A stretch of DNA of 50,102 bases from Pseudomonadota bacterium (GTDB lineage Bacteria; Pseudomonadota; Alphaproteobacteria; MPNO01; UBA2964): contig JAQBTY010000001.1 of assembly GCA_027624735.1 (NCBI GenBank), positions 1 to 50,102 on the forward strand. Reading direction: 5' to 3'. Of the stretch, positions 27,499 through 36,762 are shown piece after piece; the stretch's first letter is position 1, and each line of letters starts with the position of its first letter. The translations under genes were made by a program, and so were the position numbers. Under the pieces are notes generated by a model. That model did not search any database. It was not told the DNA's origin and was given only the letters and a program-made list of their open reading frames with translations.

Positions 27499-28796
27499 GC
27501 CCGCAGGAAATCGGCGCAACCGGCGTTGTGGTGCTCATCGTCCTTACGTTGCTGCGCGTGCCGCTGGGCGCCGCCATGGGGCTGGTCGGCCTGCTCGGCT
27601 ATGCCGCCATCGACGGCTGGGACAAGGCCTTCATCGTGTTCGGCACCACGCCCTATAATCTAACCAGCTATTCCTTTTCAGTTCTGCCGCTGTTTATTCT
27701 GATGGGAACGGTCGCGACAAGGTCGAACATGTCGCAGGAGCTGTTCGTCGCGGCCAACGCGATTTTTGCGGGAAGGCGCGGCGCGCTTCCCATGGCGACC
27801 ATCGGCGCCTGCGCGGGATTTTCCGCCATCAGCGGCTCGTCGCTCGCCACTGCAGCCACCTTTACCCAGATCGCCGTGCCGGAAATGCGCCGCTACGGCT
27901 ATGACGAACGGCTGGCCACCGGCGCGGTCGCCGCCGGCGGCACGCTGGGCATATTGATCCCGCCGTCGGTGATCATGGTGATCTATGCGCTGGCGGCCGA
28001 AGAATCGGTGCCCATGCTGTTCGCCGCCGGAATGATCCCGGGACTGATCCTGACGTTGCTGTTCATGCTGGTGATCTGGGTCATGGTCAGGCTATTTCCG
28101 GAGCGCGCGCCGGCCGGTGAACGCATGCCCATGGGCGAGCGTATTCGCGCCGTGCTGGCCATGTGGAAACTTCTGCTGCTGTTCGGCATCGCGGTCGGCG
28201 GCATCTATGCCGGCTGGTTCAGCCCGACCGAGGCGGCGGGAATCGCCTCGTTCGTCGCCATCGTCATCGCCGCCGCCAGCCGCGAGCTTACCTGGCGCGG
28301 CCTGTACGAATGCGTGATGGAAACGCTGCGGACCACCGGCATGCTGATGTTCATCATCGTCGGCGCGTGGATATTCGCCTATTTCGTGGTCCAGACCCGC
28401 CTGCCCGTCGGGCTGATCGATCTGATCAAGCATTTCGATCTGGCGCCCTGGGCGGTGATCATGATGATCCTGATTTTCTATATCATTCTCGGCTGCGTGC
28501 TCGATGCGGTGGCGATCATCCTGGTGACGGTGCCGGTGTTCCTGCCGGTGGCGACCGCACTCGGCTACGATTCGGTATGGTACGGCATCCTCATGGTGGT
28601 GGTGGTGGAGATCGGGCTGATCACGCCGCCGGTCGGGCTCAACATTTTCGTCATGCGGGCGCAACTGCCCGATATCGAGCTAACCACAATGTTCCGCGGC
28701 ATTGCGCCATTCCTCGTCGCCGACGGGGTCCTGATCGCGCTGCTGCTGATCTTTCCGCAGATAGCCCTGTGGTTGCCGAAACTGCTGTACGGCTAG
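27495..28796 (+). CDS. TRAP transporter large permease (DctM family)
   Basis: 433 aa and polytopic. DctM-type segments: SGSSLATAATF, GILIPPSVIMVIY, LITPPVGLNIFV. Confidence 0.9.
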   Translation: MSPQEIGATGVVVLIVLTLLRVPLGAAMGLVGLLGYAAIDGWDKAFIVFGTTPYNLTSYSFSVLPLFILMGTVATRSNMSQELFVAANAIFAGRRGALPMATIGACAGFSAISGSSLATAATFTQIAVPEMRRYGYDERLATGAVAAGGTLGILIPPSVIMVIYALAAEESVPMLFAAGMIPGLILTLLFMLVIWVMVRLFPERAPAGERMPMGERIRAVLAMWKLLLLFGIAVGGIYAGWFSPTEAAGIASFVAIVIAAASRELTWRGLYECVMETLRTTGMLMFIIVGAWIFAYFVVQTRLPVGLIDLIKHFDLAPWAVIMMILIFYIILGCVLDAVAIILVTVPVFLPVATALGYDSVWYGILMVVVVEIGLITPPVGLNIFVMRAQLPDIELTTMFRGIAPFLVADGVLIALLLIFPQIALWLPKLLYG

Positions 28797-28853
28797 GTCT
28801 AGGGCGGATCACGAGTAAACCAATCAGCGCAAACGTCCGGGGAGGAATATTGC

Positions 28854-29636
28854 ATGGCATGGCTAACCAATAAGGTGGCGCTCATCACCGGAGCCGGCGA
28901 AGGCATCGGCAGGGCGGTGGCGGCGCGCTTCCTCGAAGAAGGCGCGGCGGGCATTGTCGCGGTCGATATCGTCGAAGACAGGCTGGCCGCTCTCAAAGCC
29001 GATCTTGGCGATCTGGTGGTCACCCTCCGAGGCGATGTGCGCAGTTTGGACGACAACCGCGAGGCGGTCGCCCTGGCCGTCGCCCAATTCGGCAAGCTCG
29101 ATATATTCGTCGGCAATGCCGGTGTGCGCGATGCGCGGCGCAGGCTCGACGACACCTCGGACGCGGATTTGAGCGACGGATTCGACGAGGTCTTCGCGAT
29201 CAACGTCAAAGGCTATCTGCTGGGCGCCATGGCGGCCCGCGAAGAACTCGCGCGCCATCGTGGCTGCATTGTCTATACCCTCTCCACATCGTCCTTTTAT
29301 ATCGGCGGCGGGTCGATCTATATCGCGTCGAAGCACGCGGCGCTCGGGCTGACCCGGTCTCTCGCCCACGAGCTCGCCCCCAACATCAGGGTCAATGGCG
29401 TCGCGCCCTGCGGCACCCCCACGGCGCTGGCCGATGCCGGCAGCCTGGCGCGGCCCGACAGCCCGACCAAGCCACGCACGGGCGGACCGGACACCAATTT
29501 GATGCATATCCAGATAGAGCCGGAAGATCACGCCGCCGCCTATGTGCTGCTCGCCTCCGACCAGTCACGCGTCATGACCGGCGCGGTGATCAACAGCGAT
29601 GGCGGGCGCGGCGTCATGTCGACGATCGTCGTTTAG
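28854..29636 (+). CDS. SDR family oxidoreductase
   Basis: GGGGAGGA Shine-Dalgarno. TGAGEGIG cofactor motif, NAG motif (VGNAG) and catalytic YIASKHA (YxxxK). Confidence 0.9.
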   Translation: MAWLTNKVALITGAGEGIGRAVAARFLEEGAAGIVAVDIVEDRLAALKADLGDLVVTLRGDVRSLDDNREAVALAVAQFGKLDIFVGNAGVRDARRRLDDTSDADLSDGFDEVFAINVKGYLLGAMAAREELARHRGCIVYTLSTSSFYIGGGSIYIASKHAALGLTRSLAHELAPNIRVNGVAPCGTPTALADAGSLARPDSPTKPRTGGPDTNLMHIQIEPEDHAAAYVLLASDQSRVMTGAVINSDGGRGVMSTIVV

Positions 29637-29657
29637 ACCCGAAGGAGGAAAACCAAT

Positions 29658-30338
29658 ATGACCGGCACGGATATCACGTACGCCACGCGGGCAGGCGAGA
29701 ACTTCACCGGCTATCTGGCGATTCCGGCGACCGACGCGCCGGCGCCCGGCATTCTGCTTATTACCGCCATCTTCGGCATCGATGACGAGATGAAGGAGCT
29801 GGCCGATGGCTGGGCCGCCGACGGGTTCGTGGTCTCGGTACCCGATATTTTCTGGCGCGTCATGCCGGGCCCGACCGCCGATATGGAAAAGGCCTTCGCG
29901 CGGTACGGGGCGTTCGATCGGGAACAGGGTATGCTGGATATGGAAGATCTGGTGGGCGACCTGAGGGCGCGCCCCCAATGCAACGGCAAGGTTGCGATGT
30001 TGGGTTTCTGCTTTGGTGGGCTCTACGCCCATCTCGGCGCCGCCCGTCTCGGCATCGATGCGGCGGGATCGTTCCACGGCACTAAAATCGGCGACAATCT
30101 TGGGGAAACCGACCGGATCACCTGCCCGGTGAGCTTTCATTTCGGCGACCGAGACCCCGTCGTTCCCATGGCTGAAGTCGCGGCGATCAACGCTGCCTAT
30201 GCCGCCCACCGGAATGCGGAGATCACCGTACACCCCGGCGCGGCCCACAATTTTTCCATGCCCCACAAGGATGGGTACCATGCAGAAGCGGCGAAAAGGT
30301 CACGCGAAGCAGTCCTGCGCTGCTTCCGATCCATGTAA
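29658..30338 (+). CDS. dienelactone hydrolase family protein (carboxymethylenebutenolidase-like)
   Basis: GAAGGAGGA Shine-Dalgarno. Cys nucleophile elbow LGFCFGG (G-x-C-x-G). C-terminal HPGAAHNF. 226 aa. Confidence 0.85.
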   Translation: MTGTDITYATRAGENFTGYLAIPATDAPAPGILLITAIFGIDDEMKELADGWAADGFVVSVPDIFWRVMPGPTADMEKAFARYGAFDREQGMLDMEDLVGDLRARPQCNGKVAMLGFCFGGLYAHLGAARLGIDAAGSFHGTKIGDNLGETDRITCPVSFHFGDRDPVVPMAEVAAINAAYAAHRNAEITVHPGAAHNFSMPHKDGYHAEAAKRSREAVLRCFRSM

Positions 30339-30360
30339 CAAATCGAAGGGAGAAGCAATC

Positions 30361-30873
30361 ATGGCCGAAGTGGGCGATCAGAAAGAATATGCGTGGCAGG
30401 GCCGCCAGTTCACCCAGGAAGTCGTCACCGTTTCCGACAAGGGCCTGCGAAACAGGGGCATAATCGTCGAGCCGGAAGAAGTCAGCCAGTACGAGGTGTT
30501 TTCCGACGAAGGCCCGCGCATGGGGGGCGAAAATTCCGCTCCCCGCCCGCTGACTTATTTTCTGATGGCCGTCGGGTTCTGCACCCTGACCCAGCTGCAC
30601 CGCTACAGCGAGATGATGAAGATCACGCTGCGCGACCCCAAGGTCACGGTGCGGTCAGGCTTTCGCACCGACGGTTCCGTGCTGGCCGGCACGGTCAAGG
30701 CGTCGGCGGTCGATTTCGAGGTGGAATTCGATGTGGAATCGGACGACCCGCCCGAAAAAGTCGCCGCCTGCATCCAGGCCGCCGAAAACGGCTGCTTCGT
30801 CATGCAAAGCATCCTGAACCCCACCCCCGTCAAACGCACGGTGCGGCTCAACGGCGCGGTTTTGGGGGATTAG
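30361..30873 (+). CDS. OsmC/Ohr family protein
   Basis: Internal ATG at 30361 after GAAGGGAGA. Two conserved Cys contexts (LMAVGFCTLTQL and AENGCFVMQSI) are typical of OsmC-like peroxiredoxins. Confidence 0.8.
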   Translation: MAEVGDQKEYAWQGRQFTQEVVTVSDKGLRNRGIIVEPEEVSQYEVFSDEGPRMGGENSAPRPLTYFLMAVGFCTLTQLHRYSEMMKITLRDPKVTVRSGFRTDGSVLAGTVKASAVDFEVEFDVESDDPPEKVAACIQAAENGCFVMQSILNPTPVKRTVRLNGAVLGD

Positions 30874-30935
30874 GGCAAGTTTGGTGGGATTTTATCACGC
30901 AATTAAGCGTGCGACCCGGGCGGGTCTGAGCCCCG

Positions 30936-30982
30936 CCCCTACAGCCACAGTCGGTGAGTAGGGGCCGGTCTCAGACCGGCCC
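30936..30982. terminator. GC-rich hairpins between convergent genes (bidirectional terminator or REP-like element)
   Basis: A 9-bp stem GGGCCGGTC-tca-GACCGGCCC lies at 30962..30982. An alternative 7-8 bp stem CCCCTAC..GTAGGGG spans 30936..30964. No clear U-tract is present, so rho-independent termination is uncertain. Confidence 0.4.
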
Positions 30983-30988
30983 GCTTAC

Positions 30989-31786
30989 CTAAGTCCCCCG
31001 CTCCGCATTGAACCCGTACGGCACCGCCCAGGACAGGCCGTCCCAGCTATCGCCCTTAGGCCCGTATTCGCCAGCCACCCAACCGTCATAACCCATCTGG
31101 TCCAGGTATTCGAACAGGTAGGAAAAATTCAGCTCGCCATATTGCGGTTCATGGCGGCCGGGGACGCTGGAGAACTGGATATGGCCGATGATGTCGAGAC
31201 TGGCCGCAAGAGTCTCCACGTGGTTACCCTGCATGATCTGCATATGAAAAAAATCATATTGCAGCTTCACGTTAGGCGCACCCACCGCCTCGATGATCCG
31301 ACGCGTATGCGCAGTGTCGGTATGGAGGTAGCCCGGAACCGACTGCGTGTTTAGCGGCTCAAGCATCAGCGTGATGCCGGCGTCGGCCGCCAAGGCCGAG
31401 ACCGCCTTCAGATTGCCAACGAAAGTCCGCTCGCACGCCTCAACCGTTAAGCCGTCTGGCACGGCACCGGCGGTAACATGGATCATGCTGCCCCCCAGCG
31501 CCGTGACATAATCCAGCGCCAGATCGAAGATCTCGCGAAACTGGGCCTCGCGCCCCGGGATGATGCTGGCGCCGGGATCGCCCGTGGCCGTACCGCGCCC
31601 CAGCGTGTTGAGCAGCAGAAATTTCAGCCCATTGTCATCAAGCCACCCGCGTACTTCTTTCTGGGGCCAGTCGTAGGGCCTGAGAAATTCCACCGCCTTG
31701 AACCCGGCCCGAGCCGCCGCGCGAAACCGCGCCGGCGGCTCCAGCTCGGGAAACATGGTGGACAAATTTGCGGCGAATTTGGGCAT
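30989..31786 (-). CDS. hydroxypyruvate isomerase family protein (xylose isomerase-like TIM barrel)
   Basis: N-terminus MPKFAANLSTMFPELEPPARFRAAARAGFKAVEF is characteristic of Hyi/OtnI-type isomerases. 265 aa. Confidence 0.8.
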   Translation of the reverse strand: MPKFAANLSTMFPELEPPARFRAAARAGFKAVEFLRPYDWPQKEVRGWLDDNGLKFLLLNTLGRGTATGDPGASIIPGREAQFREIFDLALDYVTALGGSMIHVTAGAVPDGLTVEACERTFVGNLKAVSALAADAGITLMLEPLNTQSVPGYLHTDTAHTRRIIEAVGAPNVKLQYDFFHMQIMQGNHVETLAASLDIIGHIQFSSVPGRHEPQYGELNFSYLFEYLDQMGYDGWVAGEYGPKGDSWDGLSWAVPYGFNAERGT

Positions 31787-31801
31787 CAGGGGTTGCCCCC
31801 C

Positions 31802-32728
31802 TCACCGCCCCGCCAAAGCTTCCTCGTAATAGCTGTGATCGAGGTATTTGTCGGGGTCTGTGAGCTGCAGCCCTTGCGGTGCATACTGGCTGCGGAGTTC
31901 CAGAACGGTCTTGAGGCCCTCGTAATCGAGCTTGCACAGCGGGATCAGTCCGGTTTTGGGATCCAGCAGCTTGTTCAGGGACGGCCCGATGGCCTGGGGT
32001 TTCATTTTGGGCATGTTGCGCGCCAGTATATCGCAGGCTTCGTCGCGGTTTGCCGGATCCTTGACCCAGTCCATGGCATCGAGATGGCCCCGGATGAAGT
32101 TGATGACCGTCGCCCGGTTGGCCGCCGCCCAGGCGCGGCTGGCGGTGAACACCTGGCCGGGATAATTGGCCAAATCCATGGTCGAGCCCAGCACCCGATA
32201 ACCGGCGCCGCGCGCCATGCCGGTAAAGGGTTCGATCAGCAGCGTGCCGGCATGCTCGCCCTTCTGCACCGCTTCCCAGCGCGACGGGGTTGAGCCGACC
32301 GAGACCATCTCATAATCGCTTGGGCTCAGCCCGGCATTATCGAGCATGCGGTAAAGCGCAAAGGCAAAACCGGTGGCCAGCGCATCGAGCGCCAGGCTCT
32401 TGCCTTTTACGTCCTCATAGGTCTCGATCTCCGGCGCCACCACGAACGAGACCTCGATCTGCGTCGCGCCCATGATCATGAACAGATCAGGCTCGCGGTC
32501 GAGGTCAACCTCGCCACAGCCTTCCTGATAGGCGACCACGTTATCGCACGCGGTACAGGCCATCTGGAACTTGCCGGCGACCAGATGCTGCGCCTGATAC
32601 ATGGAACTCGGCGTGGTTTCCAGATTGACGGTGACGCCGCGCGCTTCATAAATGCCTTTTTCAGCGCCCGCGAAAAATGGCAGGTTTCCGGTACCGGGGA
32701 AGGATATTAGCTCGATGGTCTCTGTCAT
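31802..32728 (-). CDS. NMT1/SsuA-like SBP-fold protein without signal peptide
   Basis: MTETIELISFPGTGNLPFFAGAEKGIYEARGVTV matches the SsuA/NMT1 binder N-terminal pattern but has no leader. It sits between the Mo-hydroxylase and isomerase genes, with no ABC components nearby. Confidence 0.65.
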   Translation of the reverse strand: MTETIELISFPGTGNLPFFAGAEKGIYEARGVTVNLETTPSSMYQAQHLVAGKFQMACTACDNVVAYQEGCGEVDLDREPDLFMIMGATQIEVSFVVAPEIETYEDVKGKSLALDALATGFAFALYRMLDNAGLSPSDYEMVSVGSTPSRWEAVQKGEHAGTLLIEPFTGMARGAGYRVLGSTMDLANYPGQVFTASRAWAAANRATVINFIRGHLDAMDWVKDPANRDEACDILARNMPKMKPQAIGPSLNKLLDPKTGLIPLCKLDYEGLKTVLELRSQYAPQGLQLTDPDKYLDHSYYEEALAGR

Positions 32729-32777
32729 GATCGTCTTCCTGTTCTGCTTTCCGGAATGGGCGTTACGGTGCGTGTCA

Positions 32778-35129
32778 TCACGCCCGCCGCCCGGCCCGTT
32801 GCATGGCCTGCCACACCGACAGCGGCGTCAGGGGCATTTTGAGATCGCGGATATTATAGTCCTTTAGCGCATCCATCGCGGCGTTGACGATCACCGCCAG
32901 CGCCGGCGTGGTGCCGCCCTCGCCGCCCGCCTTGACGCCCAGCGGGTTGGTGGGTGACGGCACCTCGTTGAGCGCGGTGGCGAAGCTCGGGAAATGATCG
33001 GCGCGCGGCATGCCGTAATCCATGAACGAGCCGCTTAGGGGCTGGCCGTCATCGTCGAACACGCATTGTTCCCACATGGCCTGGCCGACGCCCTGCACGA
33101 TGCCGCCATGGGTCTGGCCATCGACGATCAGCGGGTTGATGGCGCGGCCCACATCATCGACCGTCGAATAGCGCACAATCTCAAGGGCGCCGGTATCCTC
33201 ATCCAGTTCGATTTCGCACACGTGGCAGCCGTTGGGGAACACCGGGGTGTGCATCTCGTTAGCCTGGATCACCGACAGGCCGCCCTGCAACTCTTCAGGC
33301 AAATTGGTCAGCTTTTCCGCTTCGCGCTGGAGGGTGTACAGATCGATGGATCGGTCGGTGCCGGCGACCCGCACGCAGCCGTCGACATATTCAAGATCAG
33401 GCACCGAGACCTCCAGAACCTCCTCGGCGATACGCTTGGCGCGCGCGATGAACACTTCCGATGCCTTGACGATCACCGTGCCGGCCATGCGCATGGAGCG
33501 GCCCGAATGGGAGCCGCCGCCGACCTTGACGATATCGGTATCGCCGATGACGATCTGCACCTGCTCCAAAGGCAGTCCGAGATATTCGGCGGCGACTTGG
33601 GCGAAGCTGGTCTCATGCCCCTGCCCGCTGGGTTGCGTGCCGATCACCACATCGACGCGCTTGTCGTCGGGCCGGACATGAATTTCCGCCTGTTCCACCG
33701 GCGTGCCGATGGACGATTCCACATAATGGGCGAGACCGCGGCCGAGCAATTTACCCCGCGCGGCGGCTTCCTGCCTGCGGGCGGCGAACCCGTCCCAGTC
33801 GGACAGCTTCATCACCATGTCGAGGGATTTTTCGTACTTACCGGAATCGTAGACCATGCCGACCGCGTTGCGGTAGGGCATTTCGTCTTCGCGCACCAGA
33901 TTGCGGCGGCGCAGCGCGATCGCGTCGAAGCCGAGTTCCCTCGCCGCGGTTTCAACCAGCCGTTCGATACAGAAGATAATTTCGGGCCGGCCCGAGCTGC
34001 GGTAGGCGTTGGTCGGCGGCGTGTTGGAAAAAGTCGCCCGGCTTCGCAGAAACGCGTGCGGGATATGATACGACCCGGTAATGATCCCCGACCCCTTGGA
34101 CAGCGGTGACAGGGACACGCACTTGGCGCCCACGTTGCTGAGGTTGGACGACCGCAGCGCCAGGAAATTTCCATCCCCATCCAGCGCCAGCTCCATATGG
34201 ACGATCAGGTCGCGGCCCTGGTAATCGCTGACAAAGCTTTCGCTGCGTTCGCAGGTGAACTTGACCGGCCGACCGACTTTTTTCGAGGCCCAGAGAACCA
34301 GCGGAAATTCCACATAGACCCGGTTGCGGGTGCCGAAATTACCACCCACGTCGAGCGCATAAACCCGGATGTTCTTGGTATCCTCACCCAGCACGGTCGC
34401 CATTTCGCGCTTCTGGCGCACAATGCCGCCACTTCCGGCGTAAAGCGTATAGCGCCCGCTCGCCTGATCGAAGATCCCCAGCGCCGAGCGCGGCTCCATG
34501 GGCACACCGGTGACGCGGCCGATATCGTAGCTCATCCTGACCACGTGATCGGCCTTGGCAAACGCCGCCTCGGTCGCCGCCTCATCGCCAAAGAGGGTAT
34601 CCACGAACACATTGCCGTCGATGGCATCCCACAGGCGGGGCGCGGCGGGATCCGCCGCCGCCACCGTCGCGGTTACCGCGGGCAGCACCTCATAATCGAT
34701 TTCGATGATTTCGGCCGCGTCGGCGGCTTGCGCCCTGGTTTGCGCCACCACCATGGCTACGGGCTCACCCACATAGCGCGCCTTGTCGGCGGGCAGCGGA
34801 AGATGGTCGCCGATAAACTGGCCCTCACCCACCGGCTTACCCGGCGCGTGCAGCTTCATATCGAAATCGGTGGAAGGGAACGGGCTGTGCGGAATATGGC
34901 CGAGCCCATCGGCAACGCAGTCGGCGCCGGTGAAAATACCAAGCACGCCAGGCATCAGCCGCGCGGCATTGCTGTCTATGGACCGGATACGGGCGTGAGC
35001 GTAGGGGCTTCTGACCATGACCGCATGGGTCTGGCCGTCCACGCTATGATCGTCGCTGAATTCGCCCTTGCCGGTCAGCAGCCGGTGATCCTCTTTCCGG
35101 CGGATCGGCTGGCCGATGCTTGGATCCAT
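32778..35129 (-). CDS. xanthine dehydrogenase/aldehyde oxidase/CoxL family molybdopterin-binding large subunit
   Basis: 783 aa. N-terminus IGQPIRRKEDHRLLTGKGEFSDD is diagnostic of the family. C-terminal GVKAGGEGGTTPAL motif. Confidence 0.9.
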   Translation of the reverse strand: MDPSIGQPIRRKEDHRLLTGKGEFSDDHSVDGQTHAVMVRSPYAHARIRSIDSNAARLMPGVLGIFTGADCVADGLGHIPHSPFPSTDFDMKLHAPGKPVGEGQFIGDHLPLPADKARYVGEPVAMVVAQTRAQAADAAEIIEIDYEVLPAVTATVAAADPAAPRLWDAIDGNVFVDTLFGDEAATEAAFAKADHVVRMSYDIGRVTGVPMEPRSALGIFDQASGRYTLYAGSGGIVRQKREMATVLGEDTKNIRVYALDVGGNFGTRNRVYVEFPLVLWASKKVGRPVKFTCERSESFVSDYQGRDLIVHMELALDGDGNFLALRSSNLSNVGAKCVSLSPLSKGSGIITGSYHIPHAFLRSRATFSNTPPTNAYRSSGRPEIIFCIERLVETAARELGFDAIALRRRNLVREDEMPYRNAVGMVYDSGKYEKSLDMVMKLSDWDGFAARRQEAAARGKLLGRGLAHYVESSIGTPVEQAEIHVRPDDKRVDVVIGTQPSGQGHETSFAQVAAEYLGLPLEQVQIVIGDTDIVKVGGGSHSGRSMRMAGTVIVKASEVFIARAKRIAEEVLEVSVPDLEYVDGCVRVAGTDRSIDLYTLQREAEKLTNLPEELQGGLSVIQANEMHTPVFPNGCHVCEIELDEDTGALEIVRYSTVDDVGRAINPLIVDGQTHGGIVQGVGQAMWEQCVFDDDGQPLSGSFMDYGMPRADHFPSFATALNEVPSPTNPLGVKAGGEGGTTPALAVIVNAAMDALKDYNIRDLKMPLTPLSVWQAMQRAGRRA

Positions 35130-35208
35130 TCTATCTCCCCCTGCGCGCTAAAATTCCCACCATACGGACGCGTAGGGTTGTAGGGAAAACGCTCTGAATT
35201 GCAACCCG

Positions 35209-35976
35209 TCAGGCGCCGAATGCCGCGATCATCGCTGCCGGATCGTCGGTAAAAATACCATCGGCGCCGTATTTGAACAGGGTGGCGGCCACGGCCGGAC
35301 GGTTGACCGTATAGGCGAGCAGCCGATAGCCGGCCGCATGGACCTCCTCGATCAGGCTGGGCGTCGCCGTCGATGCCTCGCAATGCAGGTTCGCGCAGCC
35401 CAGATCCGCGAACAAATCCCGCCAGTCCGGGGGCGGGATATCGGCGATCAGTCCCCGGCGCCACTGCGGCGCCGCATCCCGCGCCACCGCCAAGGCTTCG
35501 ATACTGGCCGAAGACAGCACCAGCGTCGCGGGGTCGGACCAGGCCTCGGCCAACACAGCGATGGCGCGGGAAGCGGTCGCTCGGTCCTCACCGGGCGACG
35601 GCTTGATCTCCAGGTTAAGGGCCATATTCCGGCTCAAAATCAGGGCAACGGCGTCAGCCAGGGAGGGAATTCCCTCTCCGGCGAAGGCCTCGCCAAACCA
35701 TGAACCGGCGTCGAGCCGGGTCAGCGCATCAAATGATTGCGCGGCTACCGGACCGGTCCCGTTCGTGGTCCGCGCCAGATCCGTGTCATGGATGATGACC
35801 GGCACGCCATCGGATGACAGCATCACATCCAGTTCCACCGAGCGCGCGCCGAGATCGGCCGCCCGGGCAATGGCGGCAAGTGTATTTTCCGGCGCGACCG
35901 CGCTGGCGCCGCGATGGGCGATGATGCGAAATCTGGACCAATCGTTGGGGCTCGCGGCGGCGTTCTGATTTGTCAT
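35209..35976 (-). CDS. glycerophosphodiester phosphodiesterase family protein
   Basis: IIAHRGASAVAPENTL (HRG..ENT) and ELDVMLSSDGVPVIIHD motifs of the GDPD family. Confidence 0.85.
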   Translation of the reverse strand: MTNQNAAASPNDWSRFRIIAHRGASAVAPENTLAAIARAADLGARSVELDVMLSSDGVPVIIHDTDLARTTNGTGPVAAQSFDALTRLDAGSWFGEAFAGEGIPSLADAVALILSRNMALNLEIKPSPGEDRATASRAIAVLAEAWSDPATLVLSSASIEALAVARDAAPQWRRGLIADIPPPDWRDLFADLGCANLHCEASTATPSLIEEVHAAGYRLLAYTVNRPAVAATLFKYGADGIFTDDPAAMIAAFGA

Positions 35977-36069
35977 GGCTGTATCATAAAGAAATTTGTT
36001 GACGTGTAAAAATCCAGCAACAGAGTCATAGTGCAGATCGTAAACAATGTTTCTGTTATTCTGGCGTCC

Positions 36070-36762
36070 ATGTCACAAGATTACATCGATATATCCATCG
36101 CCCTGCTAAGCGCGCTTGCAGCCGGTAGCCTGATCGGGCTCGAGCGCACCTATCATGGCCGACCGGCCGGCTTCCGAACCCATGCGCTCGTCTGTCTCGC
36201 GTCAGCCCTGCTAATGGTGGTGGCGGTCTATCAGCTTCAGTGGTTCGACCAGGGACCGCAGGAGATTATCCGCATCGAGCCAACCCGCATGGCGCAGGGC
36301 ATCATGACCGGCATTGGGTTTCTCGGCGCCGGTGTGATCTTCAAGGAAAAATTGACCGTGCGCGGTCTGACCACCGCGGCCTCGATATGGATCACCGCAT
36401 CGATCGGGATCCTTTATGGCGTGGGATTTTTCTTTCCGGCGCTGATGGGCACCGTGGCGATCCTTGGCGTGCTGGCTGGTTTCCGCTGGTTCGAACGGCG
36501 TATTCCGTCCCAATTTTTCTTCGAGTTCAGTGTCCGTTACCCCAAAGACAAGGTGCCGACCCTGAAAGAGGTACTAACAATTCTGAAGGATCACGGCTTT
36601 ACGGCTTCGGCGGTCAGCTTCAGGCTTGTTGCCGCAGGCACTCAGTTCCAATACGAAACAGTCATCCGCAGCAACAATCTGCCCGCCGCCCAGAAGCTTT
36701 CGGCCGACCTGTTGAAGCTGCCGGATGTCGAAGAATTCAACGTGCTCCCGATGGGAGACTGA
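36070..36762 (+). CDS. MgtC/SapB family membrane protein
   Basis: ORF from GTG at 36031; the first ATG is at 36070. Signature GLERTYHGRPAGFRTHALVCL. Four to five helices plus a C-terminal ACT-like soluble domain. Confidence 0.85.
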   Translation: MSQDYIDISIALLSALAAGSLIGLERTYHGRPAGFRTHALVCLASALLMVVAVYQLQWFDQGPQEIIRIEPTRMAQGIMTGIGFLGAGVIFKEKLTVRGLTTAASIWITASIGILYGVGFFFPALMGTVAILGVLAGFRWFERRIPSQFFFEFSVRYPKDKVPTLKEVLTILKDHGFTASAVSFRLVAAGTQFQYETVIRSNNLPAAQKLSADLLKLPDVEEFNVLPMGD

